Shown here in pieces: positions 23,630 through 32,000 of a stretch of DNA of 32,000 bases. Numbering within the stretch: position 1 is the stretch's first letter; every line of letters starts with the position of its first letter. The position numbers and the translations under genes were made by a program. Below the pieces are notes generated by a model. That model worked only from the letters and a program-made list of their open reading frames with translations, ran no database searches and was not told where the DNA came from. Source of the stretch: Erysipelothrix inopinata (GTDB lineage: Bacteria > Bacillota_I > Bacilli_A > Erysipelotrichales > Erysipelotrichaceae); assembly GCF_014396165.1 (NCBI RefSeq), contig NZ_CP060715.1, positions 1,050,001-1,082,000 on the forward strand, read 5' to 3'.

Positions 23630-23673
23630 GAAAGTAAGATAAGTAATTCGCACTAATCAACTTGGAGGAAAAG

Positions 23674-24036
23674 ATGATGAATATTTTAAATGATATTTTA
23701 CAAGCAGCCATTGATGGGCTTTCGACTGATGATATGGGCTGTGATTGGATATGTGATAACTGTAATGCATACATGAATAATCAAAGTGGATTTTCGACTC
23801 TTAATGGAATATGGACCTGTTCTGAGTGCGGAACATGTAATGATGTTTCATCAGATAACATTAGGAATTACGGTACTCAAATAATAACTGATAATCAGAA
23901 GAGATATATCCAAAAGATAGAGGAATTATTGGGAATTACATTTTATGGAGATACATTCGAGGAAGCATCTGATTTTATTGATAGTAACAAAGACAGATAC
24001 CAAAGTAAACTGCATACACCTCACAAGTATAGGTAG
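23674..24036 (+). CDS. Small zinc-ribbon protein (CxxC...CxxC), function unknown
   Basis: I place the start at ATG 23674 (or 23677) rather than TTG 23662, because GGAGG sits at 23664-23668. The sequence CDWICDNCNAYMNNQSGFSTLNGIWTCSECGTCND gives two CxxC knuckles. Confidence 0.6.
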   Translation: MMNILNDILQAAIDGLSTDDMGCDWICDNCNAYMNNQSGFSTLNGIWTCSECGTCNDVSSDNIRNYGTQIITDNQKRYIQKIEELLGITFYGDTFEEASDFIDSNKDRYQSKLHTPHKYR

Positions 24037-24401
24037 AAAATATATTAATTAGTTTTACTAGATTTAGGATATAAATATTTTATGATTGTAGATCCTTATG
24101 AATTAAAATCAGATTACACTTTATTTTATTGCCTGAAAGGCAATCTGATAATCATTGATTAATCTGATTATCTCACGTATAATTTTATGAATTACGTAAA
24201 TAAGTAAATAGTTAGAGTTGAAAGAACGCTTAGAAAGTAGAAATGCAAAATTTTAATTAATTAAATTGATATAACAGTCGAAGAGTAACAAACTGTCCAA
24301 TTGAATTCAAGAACAATACAATAAAGGTACTCATTAGAAATGTTTCATGTTATAAAAACTTTAATCGTCAATGGACTAGAATAATTTGTTGTATAAATTC
24401 G

Positions 24402-24431
24402 AAAAAACACGGCAATTTTACCGTGTTTTTT
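24402..24431. terminator. Bidirectional rho-independent terminator (serves the minus-strand adhesin gene)
   Basis: aaaaaacacgg / caatttta / ccgtgtttttt, with an A tract and a T tract flanking a GC-containing stem. Confidence 0.85.
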
Positions 24432-24520
24432 CGTTTCTCGATGATTCCAGATTTTAAAGGGATTTATATATTTCTATTTTCACAAATCAATAATTATTCT
24501 TCAAATTTGCTACCTAATGA

Positions 24521-27500
24521 TTAATTCTCTTTATATTTCTTTTTGCCAAGAACAATTAGAACGAATCCGATTAGTACATAAAAGTAATTCATGTAATTTA
24601 TACCAATACCTGTGTTAGGTAAATTAGGTTCAGGAGTTGTTGGAGTTGGATCTTCAGGTTTTTCTGGAGTAACTTTCACAACTTCTTCTTTTTCATATAC
24701 ATAGGTAACTACTTGTTCAGAACCAGTAAATGTACCAGATGCGTTTTTAGGTACTTCAGTAAGTTTGTAGTTTTCAACATTCTTAGCAGTTGCTAAATAT
24801 GGTGTTGTAATCTTTCCTGTAAGTACTTCTGATGGTGATACAGTGTTACCGTCTGTATCAACGTAGTTCACAATAACGTTCGCACCATCAACAAGATCAT
24901 ACACATATGTAACGGTTTGAGCTTCAGTTGTAAATGTTCCTGATGCATTTGTAGGTTGTTCTGTTAATGTGTAGTTTTTAATATCTTTTTGAACACTTGT
25001 ATATGGTGTTGTAGCTTTACCATTTAATGTTTCGGTGTCTGCAATTTCATTTCCATCGATGTCAACATATTTTACAGTGACTGCAGCACCGTCTACAAGA
25101 TCGTATACATAGGTTACTGTTTGCTCAGTATCTGTAAATGTACCAGTTGCATTATTAGGTTTTGTAGTTAATGCATAATTCTTAATAACTTTTTCTACTG
25201 ACGTATATGGTTTTGTAATCTTACCATTTAGGGTTTCAGTATCCGCAATCTCATTACCTTCAGTGTCAACATAGTTGACAGTAACTTTTGCACCATCAAT
25301 AAGGTCATAAACATAAGTAACTGTTTGAACTTTGTTTGTGAATACGCCTGTTGCATTGTCAGGTTGAGCTGTTAGTGCATAATTTGTAATTGTCTTTTCT
25401 GATGCTGTATAAGCAGTTGTGATTTTACCAGATAAGGTTTCTGTATCCGCAATCTCGTTACCATCGATATCAACGTATTTTACTGTTACATTTGCACCTG
25501 CAATTAAGTCATAGACATAAGTGACAGTTTGTTCTGTATCAGTAAATGTACCGGATGCGTTGCTTGGTTTTGAAGTTAATGAATAGTTTTCGATTGCCTT
25601 TTCTACTGAGGCGTAAGCAGTCGTAATCTTACCTGATAGTGTTTCAGTATCATCAATTTCATTACCATCGATATCAACATATTTTACCGTAACTTTAGCT
25701 GCATCTACAAGATCATAAACATACGTTACTGTTTGTTTAGTGTCTTTGAATGTACCCGTAGCATTAGCAGGGACTTCAACTAACTTGTAGTTACCAATCG
25801 TTTTTTCTACTGAAGCATAAGGTGTCGTAATCTTACCATTCAATGTTTCTGTATCTGCGATTTCGTTACCTTCTGTATCTACATATAATACGGTAACAGG
25901 TTCTCCTGCGATTAAGTCATAGATGTAAGTTACAGTTTGTTCAGTATCTGTAAATGTACCCGTAGCGTTTCCAGGTTGAGCTGTGAGTGCATAATTCTTA
26001 ATTGATTTTTCTGCTGCAGTATAAGCTGTAGTAATTTTACCGGATAGTGTTTCAGTATCAGCGATTTCATTACCGTCAGTATCAACATATTTAACTGTTA
26101 CATTTGCGCCTGCAATTAAGTCATAGACATAAGTTACGGTTTGTTCTGTATCTGTAAATGTACCTGAAGCATTTTCAGGTTGAGCTGTGAGCGCATAATT
26201 TGTAATTGATTTTTCTGTTGCAGTATAAGCGGTAGTAATTTTACCCGATAGTGTTTCGGTATCGGCAATCTCATTACCTTCCGTATCAACATAATTAACT
26301 GTTACATTTGCACCTGCAATTAAGTCATAGACATAGGTTACAGTTTGTTCAGTATCTGTGAATGTACCTGTAGCGTTGTCTGGTTGAACTGTAAGGGCAT
26401 AATTTGTAATAGTCTTCTCTAAAGCTGTGTATGGTGTAGTGATTTTACCATTCAAGGTTTCAGAATCTGCAATCTCATTGCCATCAGTATCAACATAATT
26501 TACAGTAACTTTAGCTGCGTCTACAAGATCGTAAACATACGTAACAGTTTGAGCTGTGTCTGTAAATTTACCAGTAGCATTAGTAGGCTGTTTTGTAAGC
26601 GTATAGTTCGTAATTGTTTTTTCTGTAGCAGTATAATCAGTTGTAATTTTACCACTCAAAGTTTCGGAATCCGCAATTTCATTGCCGTCAGTATCAACAT
26701 ATTTAACGGTAACATTAGCTCCGGGAATAAGGTCATAGATATAAGTTACGGTTTGTACTTGATCCGTAAATGTACCTGTAGCATTATCTGGTTGAACAGT
26801 TAATTCATAGTTTTCGATTGTTTTATCGGTCGTGAAGTAATGAGCAGTAACATCGCCTGAATAGGTTTCATCCTCTGCAATTTTATTACCATCAATATCA
26901 ACATACTTCGCGATGACATCAGCACCTCTATTTAAGTCATAAACAAATGTGACTGTTTGAGCAGTATCTGTAAACTTACCTTTTGCACTTCCTTGAGTTT
27001 CTACAAGGTGATAGTTGGTGATAGTTTTTGCGACTGCTTCATAATCAGAATTAATTTTACCTTTTAAAGTGTCCTCTCCTGAGATTGGGTCACCTTTTAA
27101 GTTTACATATTTAACAGTAACGTTTTCGCCGTCAGCAGCTTCATAAACGTAGGTAATTTCTTCATGATCGATAGGAAGCTTGCCAGATGCATTGGCAGGT
27201 GTAGTTTTTAAAGTATAGTGTTTATTGGTAACTGGAGAAGATGTATAAGCATCTCCTGCGAAACCAGTGATTGTTGTTGAGTCTGCAATTGGATTACCAT
27301 CAGTATCAACATGATTTACTGTTACACCACCGGAAGTTACCGCTTTTAAACTAATTCCGGTAAATTCTGCGATTGTTTCTAGAGTATCATATGATTCGTT
27401 TTTTAGATTAATCGTAACTTTTGTACCCGAAGGTTTGAAGTAAATCGATTTAGAACTAGTGCGACCTTCGGCAGTTGAACCTTCGCCAGCAGCAGCCGTT

Positions 27501-27988
27501 ATCGTGTTATCCCCAATCACAACTGTCCCACCAGAATCTACAACTTCTACCTTTGCGGTGAAAATCCCTGTTGCATTATTCTTTGTCATAGTTACAGTGC
27601 TATCAATTTTGTAAACTCTATTTGGAACAAGACCTTCAACAGTTTGAGTTAGTCGATTGCCTCTATATCCTACTCTTCTAATACCTTGTTCCATAAATGC
27701 ACGAATTGCAGCTCCACCTGGAATAGGTTTGTATTGTTCTTGCCATTGATCTTCTGGCATGTTATCCGTATACCATGTATCTCGTAAGTTAGTTGATGGG
27801 TAACCTACTGTCCATGGTTGTGGCGCATAATGACCAGCTGAGAATGTAACTGTGAAATCCGTGTTTTTTAGTAATTCGTCGTCAGCTGCACTTACTGACA
27901 TCTCTTGAAAACCAAGTAAAGAAATAACCATTAGCAATGATAATGCTAATTGAGTCATTCTTTTAAATTTTACTTGTGTTAGACGCAT
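24521..27988 (-). CDS. LPXTG-anchored cell-wall surface protein with 13 MucBP-type repeats (putative adhesin)
   Basis: The SD GGAGGAG ends 5 nt before the ATG. The signal peptide ends ..SVSA/ADDE and is followed by a non-repeat N-terminal domain of about 190 aa. Then come 13 repeats of about 68 aa (VTVKYVDTDGNEIADTETLSGKITTAYTA.EK.I.NYALT.QP.NATGTFTDTEQTVTYVYDL). The sortase motif LPNTG (nt 24608-24622) is followed by a TM helix and a KKKYKEN tail. Confidence 0.92.
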   Translation of the reverse strand: MRLTQVKFKRMTQLALSLLMVISLLGFQEMSVSAADDELLKNTDFTVTFSAGHYAPQPWTVGYPSTNLRDTWYTDNMPEDQWQEQYKPIPGGAAIRAFMEQGIRRVGYRGNRLTQTVEGLVPNRVYKIDSTVTMTKNNATGIFTAKVEVVDSGGTVVIGDNTITAAAGEGSTAEGRTSSKSIYFKPSGTKVTINLKNESYDTLETIAEFTGISLKAVTSGGVTVNHVDTDGNPIADSTTITGFAGDAYTSSPVTNKHYTLKTTPANASGKLPIDHEEITYVYEAADGENVTVKYVNLKGDPISGEDTLKGKINSDYEAVAKTITNYHLVETQGSAKGKFTDTAQTVTFVYDLNRGADVIAKYVDIDGNKIAEDETYSGDVTAHYFTTDKTIENYELTVQPDNATGTFTDQVQTVTYIYDLIPGANVTVKYVDTDGNEIADSETLSGKITTDYTATEKTITNYTLTKQPTNATGKFTDTAQTVTYVYDLVDAAKVTVNYVDTDGNEIADSETLNGKITTPYTALEKTITNYALTVQPDNATGTFTDTEQTVTYVYDLIAGANVTVNYVDTEGNEIADTETLSGKITTAYTATEKSITNYALTAQPENASGTFTDTEQTVTYVYDLIAGANVTVKYVDTDGNEIADTETLSGKITTAYTAAEKSIKNYALTAQPGNATGTFTDTEQTVTYIYDLIAGEPVTVLYVDTEGNEIADTETLNGKITTPYASVEKTIGNYKLVEVPANATGTFKDTKQTVTYVYDLVDAAKVTVKYVDIDGNEIDDTETLSGKITTAYASVEKAIENYSLTSKPSNASGTFTDTEQTVTYVYDLIAGANVTVKYVDIDGNEIADTETLSGKITTAYTASEKTITNYALTAQPDNATGVFTNKVQTVTYVYDLIDGAKVTVNYVDTEGNEIADTETLNGKITKPYTSVEKVIKNYALTTKPNNATGTFTDTEQTVTYVYDLVDGAAVTVKYVDIDGNEIADTETLNGKATTPYTSVQKDIKNYTLTEQPTNASGTFTTEAQTVTYVYDLVDGANVIVNYVDTDGNTVSPSEVLTGKITTPYLATAKNVENYKLTEVPKNASGTFTGSEQVVTYVYEKEEVVKVTPEKPEDPTPTTPEPNLPNTGIGINYMNYFYVLIGFVLIVLGKKKYKEN
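24674..27325 (-). repeat. Tandem coding repeats, about 204 bp x 13 (MucBP modules)
   Basis: Long near-identical DNA stretches recur with a ~204-bp period, for example gcaattaagtcatagacataag..ac.gtttgttc.gtatc.gtaaatgtacc near 25500, 26110 and 26320. They are in frame with the adhesin ORF. Confidence 0.9.
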
Positions 27989-28328
27989 AAAAAGCTCCTC
28001 CTATATTATTATGAAAAAGAAACTATAAAACCGGTAGCTACCTTAAAAATTGTCTCCTTTTCTTACAGACATCGTAAGTTAATCGTTATCGAAATACCAC
28101 TGGAATACATCGAAAAGTTGTATTTATTTTATAATTTCATTGTGAAAAATATGACAATGAATAATTATTAATCTAACCAATTTGTGAAATATGGTAAGAC
28201 TAATCACGAAGATGTTGCGAAAAAGCCGGATTTCATGCCAGTTTAAGTATTTTAGGAGATTGTGAAAAATAGGAGTTGAAAAGGGGAAGCAATGAAATAG
28301 GGTGCAATTCCTGCAACCCACATAAAAA

Positions 28329-28342
28329 TGTAAACGCTTAGA
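28329..28342 (+). promoter_or_regulatory. Candidate catabolite-responsive element (cre, CcpA site) upstream of the PTS gene
   Basis: TGTAAACGCTTAGA compared with the consensus TGWAANCGNTNWCA has one mismatch, at position 13. It lies about 115 nt upstream of ATG 28456. Confidence 0.35.
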
Positions 28343-28455
28343 ATGGAAGCAGATAGAAAGTAACATGGAGCGTTATTTTTCTATCGATTCGATGACGTCA
28401 AGAATACAATCATTATTTATTAAAGGATACAACCATATTAATTTAGGAGGAAAGT

Positions 28456-29814
28456 ATGAATAATAATGAAACTGCTCGCAAAATAATAGAGTTAGTCGGA
28501 ACAGAAGACAACATATCAAATGTCATGGCGTGCCAAACAAGACTTCGATTCACACTATTAGATAATAAAAAAGCAAATGTTGATGAACTGAAAAAATTAC
28601 CTAAGGTATTGGGAATCAGTATTACGGAAACGCAATTTCAAGTCATTATTGGACCAACAGTGGATCAAGTATTAACGGAAGTTGAGAAAGAACTCGGAGG
28701 AAATACTGCTGAAGCTACGAATAATCAAGTTCAGGAAAAGAAGAAATTAACATTCCAAGGGATGGGTAAATTTCTATTTGATTATATCTCTACGGCATTC
28801 AGTCCTGTATTAATTTCAATTCTTGGTTCTGGGGTATTAAAGGGATTGAATATTTTATTCTCTACGACTCTAGGTTGGTATGCACCGACATCTGGAATTG
28901 GACAAATGATTAATCTAATGGGAGATATTCCATTCTACTTCTTACCATTCTTCATAGCTTATGGTGCAGCGAAGAAATTAAATACGAGTATTCCGTTAGC
29001 GTTATCGCTTGCGGGAGCATACATGCATCCCTCGATTGCTCAAAGTGCAGCAAACGGAGTAACATGGAATATCTTCGGATTCAATATGCCAATGATTGGT
29101 TATAACGGAACTGTCCTGCCAATCTTATTCTCAGTGCTTGTCATGAGCTTTGTATATAAGAAAGTTAATGAATTGATTCCTGTAAGTGTTAGAAATATTT
29201 TTGTTCCTGTTATCGTTCTCTTGGTGATTGTACCATTGCAATTTCTAATTTTAGGACCAGCAGGCTACTATTTAAGTGGCTATGTGGCAGTTGGACTTGA
29301 GAAATTGTTCTCATTGAACTCATGGGTTGGTGGTTTTGTTTATGGATCACTTCGACAATTACTCGTCATGACTGGACTCCATTTGAGTATGACACCAATT
29401 ATTATGGAAAATATTCGTGTCTTTGGTGGTGATTATTTAATGCCTGTTCATGCTATGAGCTCAATGGCGGTTGCCGGAACTGCTCTTGGTATTTACTTTA
29501 AAGCTAAGAAGCCAGAAATCAAATCTTCAGCAATCGCAACGTTCATTCCAGGGTTTATTGGAGTCACGGAACCTGGGGTATTCGGACTTGCAGTACGCTT
29601 TGGGAAACCATGGGTTCCAATTGCAATTGGTGGTGGTGTAGCTTCTGCGTTTGTTGCAGGAATGGGTGCGAAATCTGTAGCGATTTCACTTCCAGGACCA
29701 CTCTCATTTAGTATCTTTGCAGAATCTTTAAATGTCATGATTATAGGTTGGGTTATAGCCTTTGTAATCTCCTTTGTCATTGCATATATGATGGGTGTAG
29801 ACGAAACGAAATAA
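28456..29814 (+). CDS. PTS sugar transporter subunit EIIBC (glucose/beta-glucoside/MurNAc superfamily, no EIIA domain)
   Basis: The SD is AGGAGGAAAG. The EIIB domain has the phospho-cysteine motif NVMACQTRLRF. It is followed by an EIIC domain of about 10 TM helices (..GFIGVTEPGVFGL..). Confidence 0.88.
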   Translation: MNNNETARKIIELVGTEDNISNVMACQTRLRFTLLDNKKANVDELKKLPKVLGISITETQFQVIIGPTVDQVLTEVEKELGGNTAEATNNQVQEKKKLTFQGMGKFLFDYISTAFSPVLISILGSGVLKGLNILFSTTLGWYAPTSGIGQMINLMGDIPFYFLPFFIAYGAAKKLNTSIPLALSLAGAYMHPSIAQSAANGVTWNIFGFNMPMIGYNGTVLPILFSVLVMSFVYKKVNELIPVSVRNIFVPVIVLLVIVPLQFLILGPAGYYLSGYVAVGLEKLFSLNSWVGGFVYGSLRQLLVMTGLHLSMTPIIMENIRVFGGDYLMPVHAMSSMAVAGTALGIYFKAKKPEIKSSAIATFIPGFIGVTEPGVFGLAVRFGKPWVPIAIGGGVASAFVAGMGAKSVAISLPGPLSFSIFAESLNVMIIGWVIAFVISFVIAYMMGVDETK

Positions 29815-29914
29815 ATTTAATGAATTAGGGTTAGGAGCGATTATTATTGTTATTTTATTTGTAGGAGCGATTGCTATCGGGTATATTCTTAAGAAACTTA
29901 AGGTACCCGGTGGT

Positions 29915-30883
29915 ATGATGCTTGGATCATTAATATTTAGCGTTATTTATATTAACTATCAAGAGTCCCCAGTGACCTTTAATCTTGATTTATCATTGGT
30001 TTCACAGGTACTTGCGGGAGTTTGCATTGGTGCAAAAATTACGATGAATGATGTTAAAAACATCAAAAATTTGTATAAAGAAATTATCATGATAAACATA
30101 GGTTTATTAGTGATTAGTATTACTTCAGGGTTACTCTTGTTTTATGTTTTCAAGTTATCTCCCTATGATTCATTCTTTGGATCAATTCCAGGAGGGATGA
30201 CATCCATTCCAATAATCGCGATGGAATATGGTGCAAATCCAGTGAATGTCACCATTCTTCAATTTGTAAGACTCATCGTTGGCATTGGAATCTTCCCAAG
30301 ATTGATATCAAAACAACTTAACTTATCCGTTAAAAAAGAACAGGATTCATCATATGAAAAAATGAATAAGTTAAGCACTAAAGATGCTTGGTTACAAAGT
30401 ATCTTCACAATACTTACAACTTTAGTATTAGTAGCATTCCTAGAATATCTCAAGTTCCCATTAGGAACATTAGTACTCGCAATTGTAATTTCGGCACTCT
30501 ACAACATTATTACAAGCAAGGCATATATTCGCGATGAGATTTATAGTTTAGCGCAGTTGTTACTAGGAATGTACATTGGAAGTGTTGTAGATATGAAAGG
30601 TGTTGCATCGTTTAGTAGTTTAGTTTTACCGCTCTTATCCGCTGCATGTATCTTTGGTTTTGGAAGTTATTTCCTAGGGAAATTAATTAAGAAATACACT
30701 GATTTTAATACTACAGAAGCATATTTCTCGGCGATTCCTGCGGGAGCTGCGGATGTAGGTTTGATTACGCAAGAACTTGGCGTATTCAGTAGCAAAATCG
30801 TAGTCGTTCAGGTAGCAAGAGTGCTCATTGTGACACTCTTGTTCCCACCTATTATGGATTTTGTGATTCATTTATTAACATAA
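29915..30883 (+). CDS. AbrB-family (PF05145-like, internally duplicated) membrane protein; true start probably upstream
   Basis: The two halves show duplicated motifs: IPGGMTSIPIIAMEYGANPVNVTILQFVRL and IPAGAADVGLITQELGVFSSKIVVVQVARV. The frame is open upstream to about 29816 and encodes a hydrophobic helix (LGAIIIVILFVGAIAIGYILKKLKVPGG) with no ATG, GTG or TTG. The start may therefore be an ATT codon at 29843-29848, after AGGAG at 29833-29837. Confidence 0.75.
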   Translation: MMLGSLIFSVIYINYQESPVTFNLDLSLVSQVLAGVCIGAKITMNDVKNIKNLYKEIIMINIGLLVISITSGLLLFYVFKLSPYDSFFGSIPGGMTSIPIIAMEYGANPVNVTILQFVRLIVGIGIFPRLISKQLNLSVKKEQDSSYEKMNKLSTKDAWLQSIFTILTTLVLVAFLEYLKFPLGTLVLAIVISALYNIITSKAYIRDEIYSLAQLLLGMYIGSVVDMKGVASFSSLVLPLLSAACIFGFGSYFLGKLIKKYTDFNTTEAYFSAIPAGAADVGLITQELGVFSSKIVVVQVARVLIVTLLFPPIMDFVIHLLT

Positions 30884-30900
30884 CGAAGGAGGAATAGTTA

Positions 30901-32000
30901 TGAAAAAAGTATTAATTGGAGGATTTGTTGCAGAGTCTAATCAACACGTCAGTCATCAAACACCTCTTGAGAAATTTGTATTGAAATATGGCGATGATGT
31001 AGCACGTTCACTTTATATTGACGAGTTAGCTAAAGAACATGATATTGAATTGATACCTTCACTTTATGCTGATGGTCGAGGCGGAGGAATTGTTAAGAAA
31101 GATGCATTTGATTATATTCAAAATGTTATCTTGAATGACGTTAAGAAATACTACCGTGATGTGGATGCAATTTTCATGTTCATCCATGGTGCAAGTCAAG
31201 TTGAGGAGTATGGTTCGGGAGATCATGAGTTAATCAAAAATATTCGTAAAATTGTTGGTGACTATCTACCAATCGTTATCGTCTCAGATCCTCATGGTAA
31301 CATCACAGAGAATTTCACGAAACATACGACCATCCACCGTACATTTAGACATTCACCACATACAGACCGTGCTGAATGTCACCACTTCACCTTTAAACTA
31401 CTCGTTGATTTGCTAGAGAATCGTCAAAATATCAAACCAGAAATTGCAAAAATTCCTGTAATGCTTGGTGGTGAGCGTTCTGTATCAACAGATGAGCCAA
31501 TGGTTACCATCAACGCGTATCTTGATGAACTTGAACGTGATGAGAGATTGTTGTCAGTATCGTTATTCATCGGTTATGTACGCCATGACAGTGATAAATG
31601 CGGTGCTGCCGCAGTCGTCGTTCCTGCAAAGGAAGAATACCAAGAGTATGCACAGGAAGTTGCTCGTAAAGTTCATAATTTTATGATTGATAAAGCAACA
31701 TCGTTTAAATTTCATGGAGAAGCACTCGAGCTCGACGAATCATTAGAGAATGCATTTAATACAGCTCAAGGCCCAATATACATTACAGATTCAGGTGACA
31801 ACTGTACAGCAGGAGCTGCAGGTTACGATACACATGTATTACGAGAAGTATTAAAACGAGAAAGTTTTAATGGCAAAAAAGTACTCTTTTCCTGTATTGC
31901 TGATCCAAACTTAATTATGAGTGATTTCAATGACAAGAAAGTTGGCGATTTCATCAGTGTCGAACTGGGAATGAATATCAATGAATATTCTCGTCCTGTC
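30901..32000 (+). CDS. M81 family metallopeptidase (MlrC/microcystinase C-like, DUF1485 N-terminal domain); 3' end lies outside the window
   Basis: This ORF is not in the supplied track because it runs off the window. The SD GAAGGAGG ends 7 nt before ATG 30901. The translation MKKVLIGGFVAESNQHVSHQTPLEKF...FMFIHGASQVE...VSDPHGNIT...HTDRAE...LGGERSVSTDEP...ITDSGDNCTAGAAGYDTHVL is uninterrupted to 32000 and shows the MlrC-type pattern. Confidence 0.75.

Noticed and set aside
24037-24520. Direct repeat of the guaA 3' end (attR-like) at the right edge of the island
   Set aside because: Only a 7-nt match (caattga) was seen by eye, which is within chance expectation. A proper alignment is needed before claiming att sites.
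24674-27325. Regular ~204-bp tandem repeats that could be mistaken for a CRISPR array or a DGR target
   Set aside because: The repeats are contiguous with no unique spacers, and they are in frame within one long ORF. They translate to MucBP-type modules. No cas genes are present, and there is no template/variable repeat pair with A-specific differences near the RT.
28124-28366. 80-aa minus-strand ORF in the adhesin/PTS intergenic region
   Set aside because: It has no SD, an odd composition rich in Cys, His and Phe, and no recognisable family. It lies in a divergent promoter region, so it is most likely non-coding.
28270-28400. Possible RAT/terminator antitermination element or riboswitch in the PTS leader. 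The candidates are hairpins gggtgca..tgcaaccc at ~28301-28320 and aacgct..agcgtt at ~28333-28372 followed by atttttc.
   Set aside because: The sequence does not resemble the RAT consensus as I remember it, and no BglG/LicT-type antiterminator gene is nearby. The second stem has a loop of about 30 nt. I keep this only as a note, not as a feature.
845-31686. Short ORFs nested inside or antisense to long genes. These are 845-1048, 991-1188, 1493-1687, 3216-3401, 4428-4631, 4461-4688, 5945-6328, 7316-7507, 7778-8092, 8262-8498, 8363-8644, 9763-9981, 10762-10971, 13375-13602, 13790-14098, 15672-15989, 19605-19799, 19748-19954, 21120-21302, 22398-22601, 26549-26803, 29493-29780, 30259-30453, 30683-30871 and 31465-31686.
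   Set aside because: Each overlaps a much longer ORF that has clear family motifs and a good SD. None has ribosome-binding signals, and their compositions are typical of out-of-frame translation.

Overview
This window looks like a low-GC Bacillota-type chromosome segment. I saw no rRNA, tRNA or CRISPR array.

**Left part (1-11.2 kb), ordinary genes:**
- the 3' part of a DbpA/YxiN-type DEAD-box RNA helicase
- a minus-strand operon of a membrane Ser/Thr kinase, a DUF4352 lipoprotein and a small membrane protein
- a divergent operon of an HTH protein, a membrane protein and an Asp-box protein
- a cation/H+ antiporter
- a coiled-coil M23 peptidase
- guaA

**Accessory island (about 11.25-24.45 kb):** it starts immediately downstream of guaA. 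By eye it is clearly more AT-rich than the flanks, and it is littered with decayed IS fragments (IS3 family and IS110 family). It carries three modules:
1. A two-gene cassette. The first gene encodes an 830-aa fusion of an archaeo-eukaryotic primase-polymerase (AEP/PrimPol) domain to a YVDD reverse transcriptase. The second encodes an 854-aa protein I cannot assign to any family. A 341-bp non-coding leader precedes the cassette. This is the best candidate for an undescribed RT-based (probably anti-phage) system.
2. A Pif1/RecD-like helicase followed by a GmrSD-like (DUF262/DUF1524) type IV restriction gene. That gene is split by a 1-nt frameshift in a G run.
3. A small zinc-ribbon protein with its own promoter.

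**Right part:**
- a 1155-aa LPXTG surface protein with 13 tandem MucBP-type repeats
- a PTS EIIBC gene
- an AbrB-family membrane protein
- the 5' part of an M81 (MlrC-like) peptidase

All family assignments come from motifs read by eye. No searches or computations were run.
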